Below, piece by piece: positions 1 to 10,762 of a stretch of DNA of 64,000 nt. Origin of the DNA: an uncultured Verrucomicrobiae bacterium. GTDB lineage: Bacteria; Verrucomicrobiota; Verrucomicrobiia; Limisphaerales; Palsa-1400. Below the pieces are notes generated by a model. That model was not told where the DNA came from, did no database searches, and saw only the letters and a list, made by a program, of their open reading frames with translations. The translations under genes were made by a program, and so were the position numbers. The DNA is taken from positions 4,032,001 to 4,096,000 of the forward strand of contig OY969763.1 in assembly GCA_963702845.1 (NCBI GenBank), in the 5' to 3' direction. Numbering within the stretch: position 1 is the first letter of the stretch; each line of letters opens with the position of its first letter.

Positions 1-2006
1 CCGCTTACTTCGCCACGCGCGATGCTTACAAACGCTTGATGCCGGGACGTCTCGTTGGCGTATCAAAAGATGCGCATGGCAAACCGGCGTTGCGTCTTTC
101 GCTTCAGACGCGCGAGCAACACATTCGGCGCGAGAAAGCAACGAGCAACATCTGCACCGCGCAGGCGCTCTTAGCGAACATGGCGTCGATGTATGCAGTG
201 TATCACGGGCCTGATGGTCTCAGGCGCATCGGTCAACGAGTGCGGGCGGCGGCCCTGGTGCTCGCTGAAGGCTTGAAACGGTTGGGATACGAGGTTGGAC
301 CGCAGCTTTTCTTCGATACTTTACGCGTTGATCTCGGATCGAAAAAAAGTTCAGACGTAATCAAACGCGCTGAAGCGCACTGCATTAATTTCCGCGTCAT
401 CGATGCACAAGCAATTGGGATTTCAGTCGATGAAGCGACGATGGAGAAGGACATCGTCGATATTCTGACGGTGCTCAATGAAGGCAAGCTGCCGAATTTT
501 TCATTGCTGGAACTCGAGGCAAATCTGCCGATGCAGTTGCCCGCGCCATTCGCACGCACGAGCGCGTATCTGCAACATGTGGTGTTCAACAAGTATCATT
601 CGGAAACCGAGATGTTGCGTTATCTGCGCCGTCTGGAATCGAAAGATTTGTCGCTGACGACCTCAATGATTCCGCTCGGCTCATGCACGATGAAGCTAAA
701 CGGCACGGCGGAGATGCTGCCAATCTCGTGGCCCGAGTTTTCGAAATTGCATCCGTTCGCGCCATTGACGCAAACGCGCGGCTATCAAATTATTTTCAGA
801 CAACTGGAACAATGGTTGGCAGAAGTCACCGGATTCGCGGGAACTTCGCTTCAGCCCAACGCCGGCGCGCAAGGTGAATACGCAGGCTTGCTCGTCATCA
901 TGCGCTATCACGAAATTCGTAACGAACAGCATCGGCGCGTGTGCCTGATTCCGACTTCGGCTCACGGGACAAATCCAGCGAGCGCTGCGTTGGCAGGCAT
1001 GAACATTGTTTCGGTGGCATGTGATTCGAACGGCAATATCGACGTCGCTGATTTGCGGGCAAAGGCGGAAGCGCACAAGAATGATCTGGCGTGCTTGATG
1101 GTGACCTATCCATCGACCCACGGCGTGTTCGAGGATGGGATCAAAGACATCTGCAAAATCGTCCACGACAACGGTGGACAAGTTTACATGGATGGCGCAA
1201 ACCTCAACGCGCAAGTCGGTTTGTGCCGCCCCGGCGACATTGGCGCGGATGTTTGCCACATAAATTTGCACAAAACGTTTTGTATTCCGCACGGCGGTGG
1301 TGGGCCGGGGATGGGGCCGATCTGCGTTGCGGAACATCTCGTTGAATTTTTACCAGGCCATCCTGTCGTAAATCTCGGTGGCGAGAATCCGATCGGCGCA
1401 GTGTCAGCCGCGCCCTGGGGTAGTGCGAACATTCTGATTATCTCGTGGGTTTATATTTCATTGATGGGCGGCGCTGGTCTGACCGAAGCGACCAAGATGG
1501 CCATCTTGAATGCGAACTATATCGCACATCGGGTCGGCGAATATTTTCCGATTCTTTACAGAGGCAAAAACGGTCTGGTGGCGCATGAATGCATTGCGGA
1601 CGTGCGGCCATTTAAGACCGTCACTGTCGAAGACATTGCAAAGCGCCTGATGGATTACGGGTTTCACGCCCCCACGATTTCGTTCCCCGTCCCTGGCACG
1701 ATGATGATTGAACCGACCGAAAGTGAAGCAAAACCGGAACTGGACCGTTTGTGCGATGCGCTGATTTCGATCTACGCCGAAATTCAAGCGATCGAAGCGG
1801 GCAAAGCGGACAAAGCGAATAACGTGATCAAGAACGCGCCGCACACGGCGATCGCGATTGCGAGTGATAAATGGGACCGGCCCTATTCACGCGAGCAGGC
1901 GGCTTTCCCAGCGGAATGGACGCGCGAGCATAAGTATTGGCCGAGCGTTGGGCGGATTGACAATGTTTACGGGGATCGGAATTTGGTTTGCGCGTGTCAG
2001 GGTTAG
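1..2006 (+). CDS. gcvP: Glycine dehydrogenase (decarboxylating), glycine cleavage P protein; 5' end outside the window
   Basis: Motifs [34 protein letters not shown]-lysine region [19 protein letters not shown]-terminal [11 protein letters not shown]. Confidence 0.97.
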   Translation, partial: AYFATRDAYKRLMPGRLVGVSKDAHGKPALRLSLQTREQHIRREKATSNICTAQALLANMASMYAVYHGPDGLRRIGQRVRAAALVLAEGLKRLGYEVGPQLFFDTLRVDLGSKKSSDVIKRAEAHCINFRVIDAQAIGISVDEATMEKDIVDILTVLNEGKLPNFSLLELEANLPMQLPAPFARTSAYLQHVVFNKYHSETEMLRYLRRLESKDLSLTTSMIPLGSCTMKLNGTAEMLPISWPEFSKLHPFAPLTQTRGYQIIFRQLEQWLAEVTGFAGTSLQPNAGAQGEYAGLLVIMRYHEIRNEQHRRVCLIPTSAHGTNPASAALAGMNIVSVACDSNGNIDVADLRAKAEAHKNDLACLMVTYPSTHGVFEDGIKDICKIVHDNGGQVYMDGANLNAQVGLCRPGDIGADVCHINLHKTFCIPHGGGGPGMGPICVAEHLVEFLPGHPVVNLGGENPIGAVSAAPWGSANILIISWVYISLMGGAGLTEATKMAILNANYIAHRVGEYFPILYRGKNGLVAHECIADVRPFKTVTVEDIAKRLMDYGFHAPTISFPVPGTMMIEPTESEAKPELDRLCDALISIYAEIQAIEAGKADKANNVIKNAPHTAIAIASDKWDRPYSREQAAFPAEWTREHKYWPSVGRIDNVYGDRNLVCACQG

Positions 2007-2100
2007 AAACTCCAAAACTCAAACTTCAAGCATCAAAGAAGCTCCAAGTTCCAAGCCTCAATTGAACTTGGAGCTTGGATGTTGAAGCTTCTTTGGAGAC
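2007..2100. repeat. Heptamer-based imperfect palindrome (CTCCAAG/CTTGGAG family) between convergent genes
   Basis: aagaagctccaagttccaag...cttggagcttggatgttgaagcttctttgg; a related copy lies at ~56621-56710. Confidence 0.65.
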
Positions 2101-2121
2101 AGGCGTTTTGGAATGGAAGTT

Positions 2122-3579
2122 TCACAACTTCTCCGGCTTGGTCACTAATTTCGGCGGTTTGTCCACCCATTGGTCATGGTCACCGAGTTCTTTACGCAAT
2201 CGTTCCAGCTCACGCTTTAAATCTTTCACGACGCCAGCGTATGCCGGGTCGTTGTAGACGCTGAATAGTTCGTGCGGATCTTTCTGGAGGTCGAACAATT
2301 CCCATTCGTGCAAGTCGTGAAAGTAGATCAGTTTGTAGCGATCGGTGCGCACGCCGTAATGTTTGTTCACCGTGTGTTCCGAGGGATGGGCATAGTAGCG
2401 GTAGTACATCGATTTGCGCCAGTTGCGTGGCGTCTTGCCTTCGAGCACCGGCTTAATGCTCTTACCCTGCACTTCTTTTGGCGCTTTCACGCCGGCGTAG
2501 TCGAGGAATGTCGGGGCGAAATCCACGTTGAGAATCATCGCGTCGGTCACGGTGCCCGGTTTGATATGGCCGGGATAACGCACCAAAAACGGCATACGTA
2601 ACGATTCTTCATACATGAAACGTTTGTCGAACCAATCGTGGTCGCCGAGGAAAAAGCCCTGATCCGAGGTGTAGATGACGATGGTGTTATCGCTCAGCCC
2701 GGCTTTGTCGAGGTATTCGAGTAAGCGTCCGACGTTGTCATCCACGGAGGCGACGCAACGCAGGTAATCCTGCATATAGCGCTGGTATTTCCATTTCTTC
2801 AGTTCTTCGTCGGTCAACCCCGCCGGCGGTTTCTGCTTCAGGTCGTGTTTGTTGAGGTCGCGATCGACGCGCATTGTGGCTACAGACGCGGCGGTGGAAC
2901 GGTTTTTGTAATCGTCATTGAATGTAGCTGGCTCGGGAATCGGGTTCGTGTACATGTTCATGTACCGTTCGGCAGGCTCCCATGGGCGATGCGGAGCTTT
3001 GTGGTGGCACATGAGAAAGAACGGTTTGTCCTTCGGCGCATTCTTGATGAAGTTGATCGCTACATCGCCGATAATGTCAGTGACATAGCCTTCCACTTTA
3101 TGCTTGTTACCCATGGTGATGAAGTGTGGATCGTGATAGACGCCCTGACCGGGAAGGATGTTCCAATAATCGAAGCCTTGCGGGTCGCTCTGCAAATGCC
3201 ATTTGCCGATCATGCCGGTGTGATAGCCGGCCTTCTGTAACTCCTTCGCAACGTTCCATTGATTCGGATCCAAGCGGTTGAACACGGTCACGCCGTTCAC
3301 GTGGCTGTATTTGCCGGTGAGGATGGCTGCCCGGCTCGGCGTGCAAATGGAGTTGACGGCGAAGCAGTTTGCAAAACGCATGCCGTCGCGCGCGATGGGG
3401 TCGATGTTCGGCGTTTTGTTGATCTTGCTGCCGTAGGCGCTGATGGCGTGGGCGGCGTGGTCGTCGGCCATGATGTAGAGGATGTTGGGGTGCTCGGATT
3501 TTGCGTGGGCAACAAAGCTGAACAAGGCGATCAACGCAAAGGTGCAAAGATGCAAAGACGCAGAGAGTTTTTGTTTCAT
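2122..3579 (-). CDS. Sulfatase (formylglycine-dependent, secreted)
   Basis: Signal peptide, PNILYIMADD, sulfatase signature CTPSRAAILTG, GKWHL; start chosen at MKQKL. Confidence 0.93.
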   Translation of the reverse strand: MKQKLSASLHLCTFALIALFSFVAHAKSEHPNILYIMADDHAAHAISAYGSKINKTPNIDPIARDGMRFANCFAVNSICTPSRAAILTGKYSHVNGVTVFNRLDPNQWNVAKELQKAGYHTGMIGKWHLQSDPQGFDYWNILPGQGVYHDPHFITMGNKHKVEGYVTDIIGDVAINFIKNAPKDKPFFLMCHHKAPHRPWEPAERYMNMYTNPIPEPATFNDDYKNRSTAASVATMRVDRDLNKHDLKQKPPAGLTDEELKKWKYQRYMQDYLRCVASVDDNVGRLLEYLDKAGLSDNTIVIYTSDQGFFLGDHDWFDKRFMYEESLRMPFLVRYPGHIKPGTVTDAMILNVDFAPTFLDYAGVKAPKEVQGKSIKPVLEGKTPRNWRKSMYYRYYAHPSEHTVNKHYGVRTDRYKLIYFHDLHEWELFDLQKDPHELFSVYNDPAYAGVVKDLKRELERLRKELGDHDQWVDKPPKLVTKPEKL

Positions 3580-3583
3580 AAAA

Positions 3584-4885
3584 TTAAATTTCCCAACCCT
3601 TGCGATATTCACGAGTCAGGAATTGGTTAGCGGCTGTCGTATTCGTAATCTTTCCGGTGGCGCCATCATACTCGAGTTTTTTGCCGCTACGATACGCGGC
3701 GATGCCGAGCAGGACGGTTTCGGCAAGTGGGCCGGAGTAGTCGAAATTACAGGTGGTCGCACTGCCAGTTTTGCAGGCGACTATCCATTCTTCATGGTGG
3801 CCGATTGATTTTGAGATGGACGCTGTCGGCGATTGGAAATCGGCGAAGGATTTTTCCGGCAAGAGCAGGCGTTTGGTGTAATCGGCCAGCAACATTCCTT
3901 TGGAACCGACGAAGAGCACACCGTTGCGCCAGTGCTTGCACTGTTCGGGGGAGAGCGAGTCTCTCAGGAGTTTTGGAGAATGACCGCCGTCGTACCACTT
4001 CAGACGCACGGGAGGTAAATCGGCCCGAGCGGCGAAATCCCAAGTGGCAATAATCCATGCCGGCGTGTTCTCTGGATGGACGGCCGGGCCTTCGGTTTCG
4101 ATGGCAGTCGGCCATCGGAGTTTCAGAGCCCAGAAAGCCAAATCGATGTAATGACAGCCCATGTCGCCAAGAGTGCCGCCGCCGAAATCCCACCAATGCC
4201 GCCAATTTTTCGGGGCAAAATCGGGATGGTAGTCGCGTTTCGGAGCCGGACCGAGCCACTCATCGTAGTGAAAGCTTTTCGGCACCGGAGCGATGACCTT
4301 AGCTTCCGGACCAGCCACAACACCCTTTTCGCACCAGACGTGAACTTCGTTCACAGAACCGATTGCGCCGGACTCGACCAATTCCACACAACGACGGTAG
4401 TTGTCGGTTGCATGGATTTGTGTGCCCATTTGCGTGGGGAGTTTGGATTTGGCGGCCTTGGCCATGATCGCGCGGACTTCATGGACCGTGTGAGCTAAGG
4501 GCTTTTCGCAATAAACCGGGCGCCCGGATTTCAGTGCGGCCATGGCAGCGACGGCGTGCGTGTGATCGGGAGTGCTGACGACGATGGCGTCGATATCCTT
4601 TTGATCGATGAGGCGGCGAAAATCTGTGTAGGTCTTCGCAGACGGAAACTTTTCGTGTGTCTGAGCTAGATACGATTCATCGACATCGCAGATCGCGACG
4701 ATGTTTTCGTTCTTCACACCGGCGATGTTGTTGGCGGCGCGATGGAAGGTCCCGATGACGCCGATGTTCAGTTTGTCATTGGCGGAAAGCTTGCGGGCGA
4801 GAAGCGACGAGGCGCCAAGCCAGACCCCAGCGGTCGTGAATGCGGTTTGCTTGAAAAATTTGCGGCGCGATACATTAGGACTCAT
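3584..4885 (-). CDS. Gfo/Idh/MocA family oxidoreductase, Tat-exported
   Basis: SRRKFF Tat motif, STPDHTH, VYCEKPL, GDMGCHYID. Confidence 0.92.
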   Translation of the reverse strand: MSPNVSRRKFFKQTAFTTAGVWLGASSLLARKLSANDKLNIGVIGTFHRAANNIAGVKNENIVAICDVDESYLAQTHEKFPSAKTYTDFRRLIDQKDIDAIVVSTPDHTHAVAAMAALKSGRPVYCEKPLAHTVHEVRAIMAKAAKSKLPTQMGTQIHATDNYRRCVELVESGAIGSVNEVHVWCEKGVVAGPEAKVIAPVPKSFHYDEWLGPAPKRDYHPDFAPKNWRHWWDFGGGTLGDMGCHYIDLAFWALKLRWPTAIETEGPAVHPENTPAWIIATWDFAARADLPPVRLKWYDGGHSPKLLRDSLSPEQCKHWRNGVLFVGSKGMLLADYTKRLLLPEKSFADFQSPTASISKSIGHHEEWIVACKTGSATTCNFDYSGPLAETVLLGIAAYRSGKKLEYDGATGKITNTTAANQFLTREYRKGWEI

Positions 4886-5148
4886 AGGGTCGGTGATTAG
4901 ACGTTCATCAATAGGAAAGGTTTCGATAGTACGCGAGCAACAAATAAATGAGTTTTGCGGTTTTTCGGTCATGTGAGCCGCAACAAACCGTCCACTGAGA
5001 CGCGTAAAAACTGATCGACATCAAAGGTATTCGATTGCCAAGGAACCGATGTAGGGTCATGCTCTTGACTGCCGCGTCGGAGGTCGTGGCGAGTCAGCCG
5101 AAGACTCCACGGAACTTTGAAGCAGCTGCGGAGTTTAACGTCGTATAG

Positions 5149-6882
5149 TTGAGCGTGGAGACCCAAACAACCAAATCCAACAGACACGCAATCATTGTCG
5201 CCATTTTGTTCGCGACGGGGATTGTTTTCTTTGGCACCAGTTGTACGAACAAGTACTTCCAGAAAACGGCTGACAAAGCCGCTTACTCCGCCATCAAGGA
5301 AAAAACTCCGCTCGTCAAAAACATGGATGAGCATTTCACCATTGAGCAGACCAACGCGCTCTCGCTCGCAGGAGTGCCGAAATCAACCAATACCGTGGAT
5401 TTTTTGGGCAAAGACGGAGCGTCGGAACAAGGTGCGTCGGTCCTATCTTTGAAAAAAGCACTGGAAGTTGCCGTCAACCACAGCCGCACCTATCAAACGC
5501 GCAAAGAACAACTCTATCTCAGCGCATTAGGCCTGTCGCTCGCGCAACACCAGTTCGCGCCGATTTTTGGCGCTAACGGAACCGCCGACTATCAGGTGAC
5601 CACAGCGAATGTCCTGGAAAGTGCAGTCGACCCGATCACACATAGCAACATCGTTGTCCTCAGCGATAATCTCGCCGAAACACATCGCATCAACGGAGGA
5701 ACGACCGTCGGAACCGACCTATTGCTCGCGACTGGCGGACGTCTGACCGTCGCATTCACAACGAGTTTTCTGCGCTATATCTCTGGGGAACAATTAAACG
5801 CCACCGGCGCGAGGCTCGCTGGCTCGTTTGTGCAACCACTGTGGCGAGGTGCCGGCTACAAGGTGACGATGGAAAACCTCACGCAATCTCAACGCAATGT
5901 TCTCTATGCTATTCGTGACTTCACCCGATTCAGAAAAACTTTCAGTGTCGATGTCGCAACAAGCTACTACAACGTGCTGCGAGACCGAGACGAGGCGCGC
6001 AACAGTTTCGTCAACTTGCAAAATTCGCGTAACAACGCGGACCGCACGCGTGCATTGGCGAAAGAAGGCCGCATCGCTCAAGCCGATCTCGGACGTCTCG
6101 AACAACAGGAATTGACGTCAGAGAACACATGGGTAGGCGCGGTGCTCAATTACAAACGCGGGTTGGACAATTTTAAAATTCAGATCGGCTTGCCGACCGA
6201 CGAACGCATCGTCCTCAATGACCAGGAGCTTGCCGATCTCAAAATCAACCACCCCGAAATCAGCGTCGACGACTCGATCAAAGTGGCGATGGCCATGCGT
6301 CTTGATTACCAAACCGCGCATGACGAAGTAGACGATGCCAAACGCAAGATTCCTGTTGCTGCGAACGCCCTCCGCGCAAAAGTCGATCTCGTCGCAGCGG
6401 CGGGAATCGACAGCGATAGCGGCCATTTGCTGCCAAACCCCCATCGTTATTCTTGGGATGCTTCGCTGAACGTCGATCTTCCCATCGAACGCACCGCAGA
6501 ATGCAACGCCTATCGCGCAGCCATGATCAATCTCGAACAAGCGATACGCAATTACACGCTGGACGAGGACCAGATCAAACTGCAGGTGCGCGATAGTTGC
6601 CGTGCGTTGGAACAGGCGAAACGCGCTTTCGAAATCAGCAAGGTCGGTGTCGAGCTCGCTGAACGGCGCGTCGAGGAACAAAGTCTTTTAGCGGAACTCG
6701 GCCGCGCCAAAGCACAAGATCAAGTTGACGCACAGAACGATTTATCGAATTCAAAGAATCAATACACGCAAGCGCTCGTCGGTCATACGGTCGCGCGCCT
6801 GCAATTCTGGGATAACCTCGGAATTCTCTACATCAAAGACGCCGGACAGTGGGAGGAACCCAAAAATGCAAAGCTCAACTAA
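5149..6882 (+). CDS. TolC-family outer membrane efflux lipoprotein
   Basis: Lipobox-like GTSC, OEP-type helical repeats; first gene of the efflux operon. Confidence 0.82.
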   Translation: MSVETQTTKSNRHAIIVAILFATGIVFFGTSCTNKYFQKTADKAAYSAIKEKTPLVKNMDEHFTIEQTNALSLAGVPKSTNTVDFLGKDGASEQGASVLSLKKALEVAVNHSRTYQTRKEQLYLSALGLSLAQHQFAPIFGANGTADYQVTTANVLESAVDPITHSNIVVLSDNLAETHRINGGTTVGTDLLLATGGRLTVAFTTSFLRYISGEQLNATGARLAGSFVQPLWRGAGYKVTMENLTQSQRNVLYAIRDFTRFRKTFSVDVATSYYNVLRDRDEARNSFVNLQNSRNNADRTRALAKEGRIAQADLGRLEQQELTSENTWVGAVLNYKRGLDNFKIQIGLPTDERIVLNDQELADLKINHPEISVDDSIKVAMAMRLDYQTAHDEVDDAKRKIPVAANALRAKVDLVAAAGIDSDSGHLLPNPHRYSWDASLNVDLPIERTAECNAYRAAMINLEQAIRNYTLDEDQIKLQVRDSCRALEQAKRAFEISKVGVELAERRVEEQSLLAELGRAKAQDQVDAQNDLSNSKNQYTQALVGHTVARLQFWDNLGILYIKDAGQWEEPKNAKLN

Positions 6883-8779
6883 CAAGCAACCAATACCGCT
6901 GCCGCTCGAGAAACCGGCCGCTGCCACAAAGCCGTCGCGAAAAGGTAAACCGTGGGTTAGACGAATCATTATCGGCGTGCTCGCATGGCTTGTGGTCGGC
7001 GGGTTGATCGCATGGCTTAAACCAGGTCACGGCAAGACGAGTGAAACAGCGTCTGGACAAGTGCGACGCGGTTCATTGGACATCACCGTTCTCGAAGGCG
7101 GAAGTGTGCAGGCGTTGGAATCGCAGGAAATCAAATGCGAAGTCCGCGTCGGCTATCAAGGCACGAAAATTCTGAAGATTATCGACGAAGGTTACCAGGT
7201 CAGCGAAGACGACGTGCGCACGAACAAGGTGTTGGTGGAGCTTGATTCAACGGAACTCGAGAAACAGACGGTACAACAGGAAATCCAATACCAATCAGCA
7301 TCCGCCGCGCTGATCGATGCACAGCAGGGTTACGACATCCAACTCAATCAAAACATCAGCGACACTCAAGCTGCCGAAGAGAAGGCGCGCTTTGCGCGAA
7401 TGGATTTCGAAAAATTTCTTGGGGACACGGTCGCCGCCAAAATTATCGATGATATGGGCCTGGAAAAGCTCATCGCCGCCCAAGACACGAAGTCGAAGCA
7501 GCTCACCGCTATTGCTGCGCAACTGCCCTCCGCGAACAGCAAACCTACGAACGGACTTTTAGCCGTTGAAGTGCCCAAGGAATCGAAACCGCTAACCAAT
7601 TCAACCAGTCAGATTGCCACGAACGCGACGCCGTTGCCGGCGGTTCAAGTCATCGATTTTTCCAAGTTCGCCACATTGGACGCGCTTGGTGATGGCGAGG
7701 CGAAACAGAAGTTGCGAAAGTTCGAGGACGATTTGCAAGTGGCGCAAAAGGAATACGGCCAGGCGAAGTCGACGCTCGAGGGCACGAAACGTTTGTTCGC
7801 CAAAGGATTCGTCACACGCATCGATATGGAACGGGATGAGATCGCGCACGAAAATGCGCGGCTCAAAGTGCAAACCGCGGAAACGGCGCGGGATTTGTTT
7901 TTGAAATATGACTTCGAAAAATCTGCCGAAGAATTCATGTCGAAGTATTCCGAGGCTGTTCGCGAAGTGGACCGTGCGCGCAAAGCCGCCGTTTCAAAAC
8001 TGGCGCAGGCAGAAGCCAAATTGAGATCATCTCAAGGTCAGTTCAACGTGCAGTCGCGCCAGCGCCAGGACCTAATTGATCAATCCGAAAAGTTTGTCAT
8101 TCGCGCCAAAAAAACCGGCCTAGTCGTTTATGGCAGCGGACGCGAGCAGTTTTATTATGGCGGCGGCGAGGAACAGATTCGCGAAGGCGCCACTGTTCGC
8201 GAACGCCAAAGCATCATCACGATTCCCGATATGACTAAGATGGGCGTGAACGTTCGCATTCACGAAAGCTACATCAAGAAGATCAAGAAGGGGCAAAAGG
8301 TCAAAATCACATTGGACGCTTTTCCCGATCAGGTGTTGGAAGGCGAAGTCACCAAAGTTGGCGTGTTACCAGATTCACAGAACATGTGGATGAATCCGGA
8401 CATGAAAGTTTATCTGACGACGATTTCGATCCCGAAATCATACGAATGGCTGAAGCCCGGCATGAGCGCGAAGGTCGAAATCATGGTCGACCGTCTTTCC
8501 GACGTCATTTATGCACCGATCCAGGCGGTCACCCCTGGCGAAGGCAAACAGCTTTGTTACGTCATCAACGGAGGCAAACAGGAGAAACGGGAAGTGCAAG
8601 TCGGACAATTCAACGACTCGTTCATCGAGATTAAATCCGGTTTGCACGAAGGTGATTTGGTTTTGCTGCATCCACCCGATAACGCTGAACCAGGCGCAAA
8701 CGACAAGAAACCGGCTGAAAGCAAGCAACCCGCGGCAACGCCGGCTAAAGCTCCAGCACCGAAAATCGGCAAGGCCTAG
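6866..8779 (+). CDS. HlyD/MacA-type periplasmic adaptor with long coiled coil
   Basis: N-terminal TM helix, coiled coils, LKPGMSAKVEI, IKSGLHEGD; start at MQSST overlaps the TolC stop. Confidence 0.88.
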   Translation: MQSSTNKQPIPLPLEKPAAATKPSRKGKPWVRRIIIGVLAWLVVGGLIAWLKPGHGKTSETASGQVRRGSLDITVLEGGSVQALESQEIKCEVRVGYQGTKILKIIDEGYQVSEDDVRTNKVLVELDSTELEKQTVQQEIQYQSASAALIDAQQGYDIQLNQNISDTQAAEEKARFARMDFEKFLGDTVAAKIIDDMGLEKLIAAQDTKSKQLTAIAAQLPSANSKPTNGLLAVEVPKESKPLTNSTSQIATNATPLPAVQVIDFSKFATLDALGDGEAKQKLRKFEDDLQVAQKEYGQAKSTLEGTKRLFAKGFVTRIDMERDEIAHENARLKVQTAETARDLFLKYDFEKSAEEFMSKYSEAVREVDRARKAAVSKLAQAEAKLRSSQGQFNVQSRQRQDLIDQSEKFVIRAKKTGLVVYGSGREQFYYGGGEEQIREGATVRERQSIITIPDMTKMGVNVRIHESYIKKIKKGQKVKITLDAFPDQVLEGEVTKVGVLPDSQNMWMNPDMKVYLTTISIPKSYEWLKPGMSAKVEIMVDRLSDVIYAPIQAVTPGEGKQLCYVINGGKQEKREVQVGQFNDSFIEIKSGLHEGDLVLLHPPDNAEPGANDKKPAESKQPAATPAKAPAPKIGKA

Positions 8780-8782
8780 CTC

Positions 8783-9472
8783 GTGCGCGCTTCAATCGTC
8801 CAGTTTGAAAATGTTTTCAAGACCTACCAGGTCGGGCCAAACGTTATCAACGCATTGCGAGATGTTTCTCTGACGATTTCGGAAGGTGAATACGTCAGCA
8901 TCATGGGACCTTCCGGCTGCGGAAAATCATCCATGCTCAATGTCCTCGGCTGTTTGGACCGGCCCAGCGCTGGCCGATATTTGCTCGGCGGATCGGACGT
9001 TTCGATAATGGATGACGACGCACTTTCGAGCATTCGCGGCGCGCGCCTCGGTTTTATTTTCCAATCCTATAATTTAATTCAGCAGCTCACCGTCATCGAG
9101 AACATCGAGGTCCCCTTGTATTACCAGGGGCGCGGTGCGGAAGAGAGTCGTGAACTTGCAATCGAGTTGGCAACGCTCGTCGGACTTGAAGCCCGCGTTG
9201 ATCACAAGCCGTTCGAGCTTTCTGGCGGCCAGCAACAGCGCGTGGCGATTGCGCGAGCTTTGGTAAATGATCCTTTGGTCCTTCTCGCTGACGAACCGAC
9301 GGGCAATCTCGATTCAACCTCGGGCAGCGATATTCTCAAATTGTTCGACGACCTGAATCGCCAGGGCAAAACGATCATTATGGTCACGCACGACCAAACG
9401 GTGGCGCGGCATACGAAACGCGCCATTCGTTTACGTGATGGCCAAGTCGAAAGTGACGGGCCACCGGCATGA
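8783..9472 (+). CDS. ABC transporter ATP-binding protein (MacB/LolD type)
   Basis: Walker A GPSGCGKS, signature LSGGQQQRVAIARAL, Walker B LLADEPTGNLD. Confidence 0.96.
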   Translation: MRASIVQFENVFKTYQVGPNVINALRDVSLTISEGEYVSIMGPSGCGKSSMLNVLGCLDRPSAGRYLLGGSDVSIMDDDALSSIRGARLGFIFQSYNLIQQLTVIENIEVPLYYQGRGAEESRELAIELATLVGLEARVDHKPFELSGGQQQRVAIARALVNDPLVLLADEPTGNLDSTSGSDILKLFDDLNRQGKTIIMVTHDQTVARHTKRAIRLRDGQVESDGPPA

Positions 9473-10761
9473 ACTCTACGCCGCGTATTTTGCGACTCGG
9501 TCGCGCCGTCAAACTCGGCGTCAAAAGTCTTTGGCTGCATAAGTTACGCTCGTTGCTGACCGCACTCGGAATTGTCTTCGGCGTTTGTTCGGTAATTGCG
9601 ATGTTGGCCATCGGCGAAGGCGCAAGCTACGAGGCGCAGGAACAGATCAAAAATCTCGGCAGCCAAAACATCATCGTCCGCAGCATCAAACCTCCCGAGG
9701 ACCAAAAAGTAAGCGCGCGTGGGTCGCGCAGTTTCGCGCTCGAATACGGGCTCAAACACGCCGATGTGCAGCGCATTCGCCAAACGATTCCAAACGTCAC
9801 CGTCATCGTCCCGGGCCGTATCATGCGTGAATACGTTTGGAACATTAGCCGACGCGTTGATTGCGACATCATGGCCACCGTCCCGTGGTACCCGGAGATG
9901 CGACACCAACACGTGGCGCAGGGCCGATTCTTCAACGACAAAGAAATGGACGATGCCACCACCGTTTGCGTCATTGGCGCGAGCACGGCCAAATCACTGT
10001 TTCCATTGGACTCTCCCATCGGCGCCAATGTTCGCGTCGGCGGCGACTACTACAGAATTATCGGAGTGATGGAACCCGCAAGCACCGTAAGCACAGATGC
10101 GAACGATAAAGAAAAACCGGCCGCAAATCAGATGTTCATTCCGTTGGAAACGGCCAAGTCGCGCTATGGCGAGGTATTGAGAAAATTTCGCAGTGGCAGT
10201 CTTGAAATGGAACGCGTGCAGCTGCACGAAATTACCATCAAAGCCGCAACGTCCGAGGACGTGGCGGCGGTCGCGGATGCAATCCGCGTGGTGCTGGAGC
10301 GGAATCACAAAAAGAAAGATTACGACGTGATTGTCCCGCTCGAATTGTTGCAGCGCGCTGAGCGCACGAAACAAATTTTCAATATCGTGCTGGGATCAAT
10401 CGCGGCAATTTCACTTCTCGTCGGCGGCATCGGCATCATGAACATCATGCTGGCAAGCGTAACCGAGCGAACCCGTGAAATTGGTATCCGACGCGCCCTT
10501 GGAGCCAAGCGCCGCGACATCGTTACTCAATTCCTCGTCGAGACCGTCACGCTCTCCGGCACCGGAGGAATTATTGGAGTGATACTTGGAGTCACCATCC
10601 CTTGGTTCGTAAGTCACTTTGCGGGGATGAAAACGATTACGACGCTTTGGTCGCCGGTGCTGGCATTTGGAATTTCCGCGGCAGTCGGAGTTATCTTCGG
10701 GATTTATCCCGCGATGCGCGCCGCGAACATGGATCCGGTCGAGGCGCTCCGCCACGAATAG
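9469..10761 (+). CDS. ABC transporter permease (MacB/FtsX family)
   Basis: RSLLTALGIVFGV, GGIGIMNIMLASVTERTREIGIRRALGA, DPVEALRHE. Confidence 0.95.
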   Translation: MNSTPRILRLGRAVKLGVKSLWLHKLRSLLTALGIVFGVCSVIAMLAIGEGASYEAQEQIKNLGSQNIIVRSIKPPEDQKVSARGSRSFALEYGLKHADVQRIRQTIPNVTVIVPGRIMREYVWNISRRVDCDIMATVPWYPEMRHQHVAQGRFFNDKEMDDATTVCVIGASTAKSLFPLDSPIGANVRVGGDYYRIIGVMEPASTVSTDANDKEKPAANQMFIPLETAKSRYGEVLRKFRSGSLEMERVQLHEITIKAATSEDVAAVADAIRVVLERNHKKKDYDVIVPLELLQRAERTKQIFNIVLGSIAAISLLVGGIGIMNIMLASVTERTREIGIRRALGAKRRDIVTQFLVETVTLSGTGGIIGVILGVTIPWFVSHFAGMKTITTLWSPVLAFGISAAVGVIFGIYPAMRAANMDPVEALRHE

Positions 10762-10762
10762 T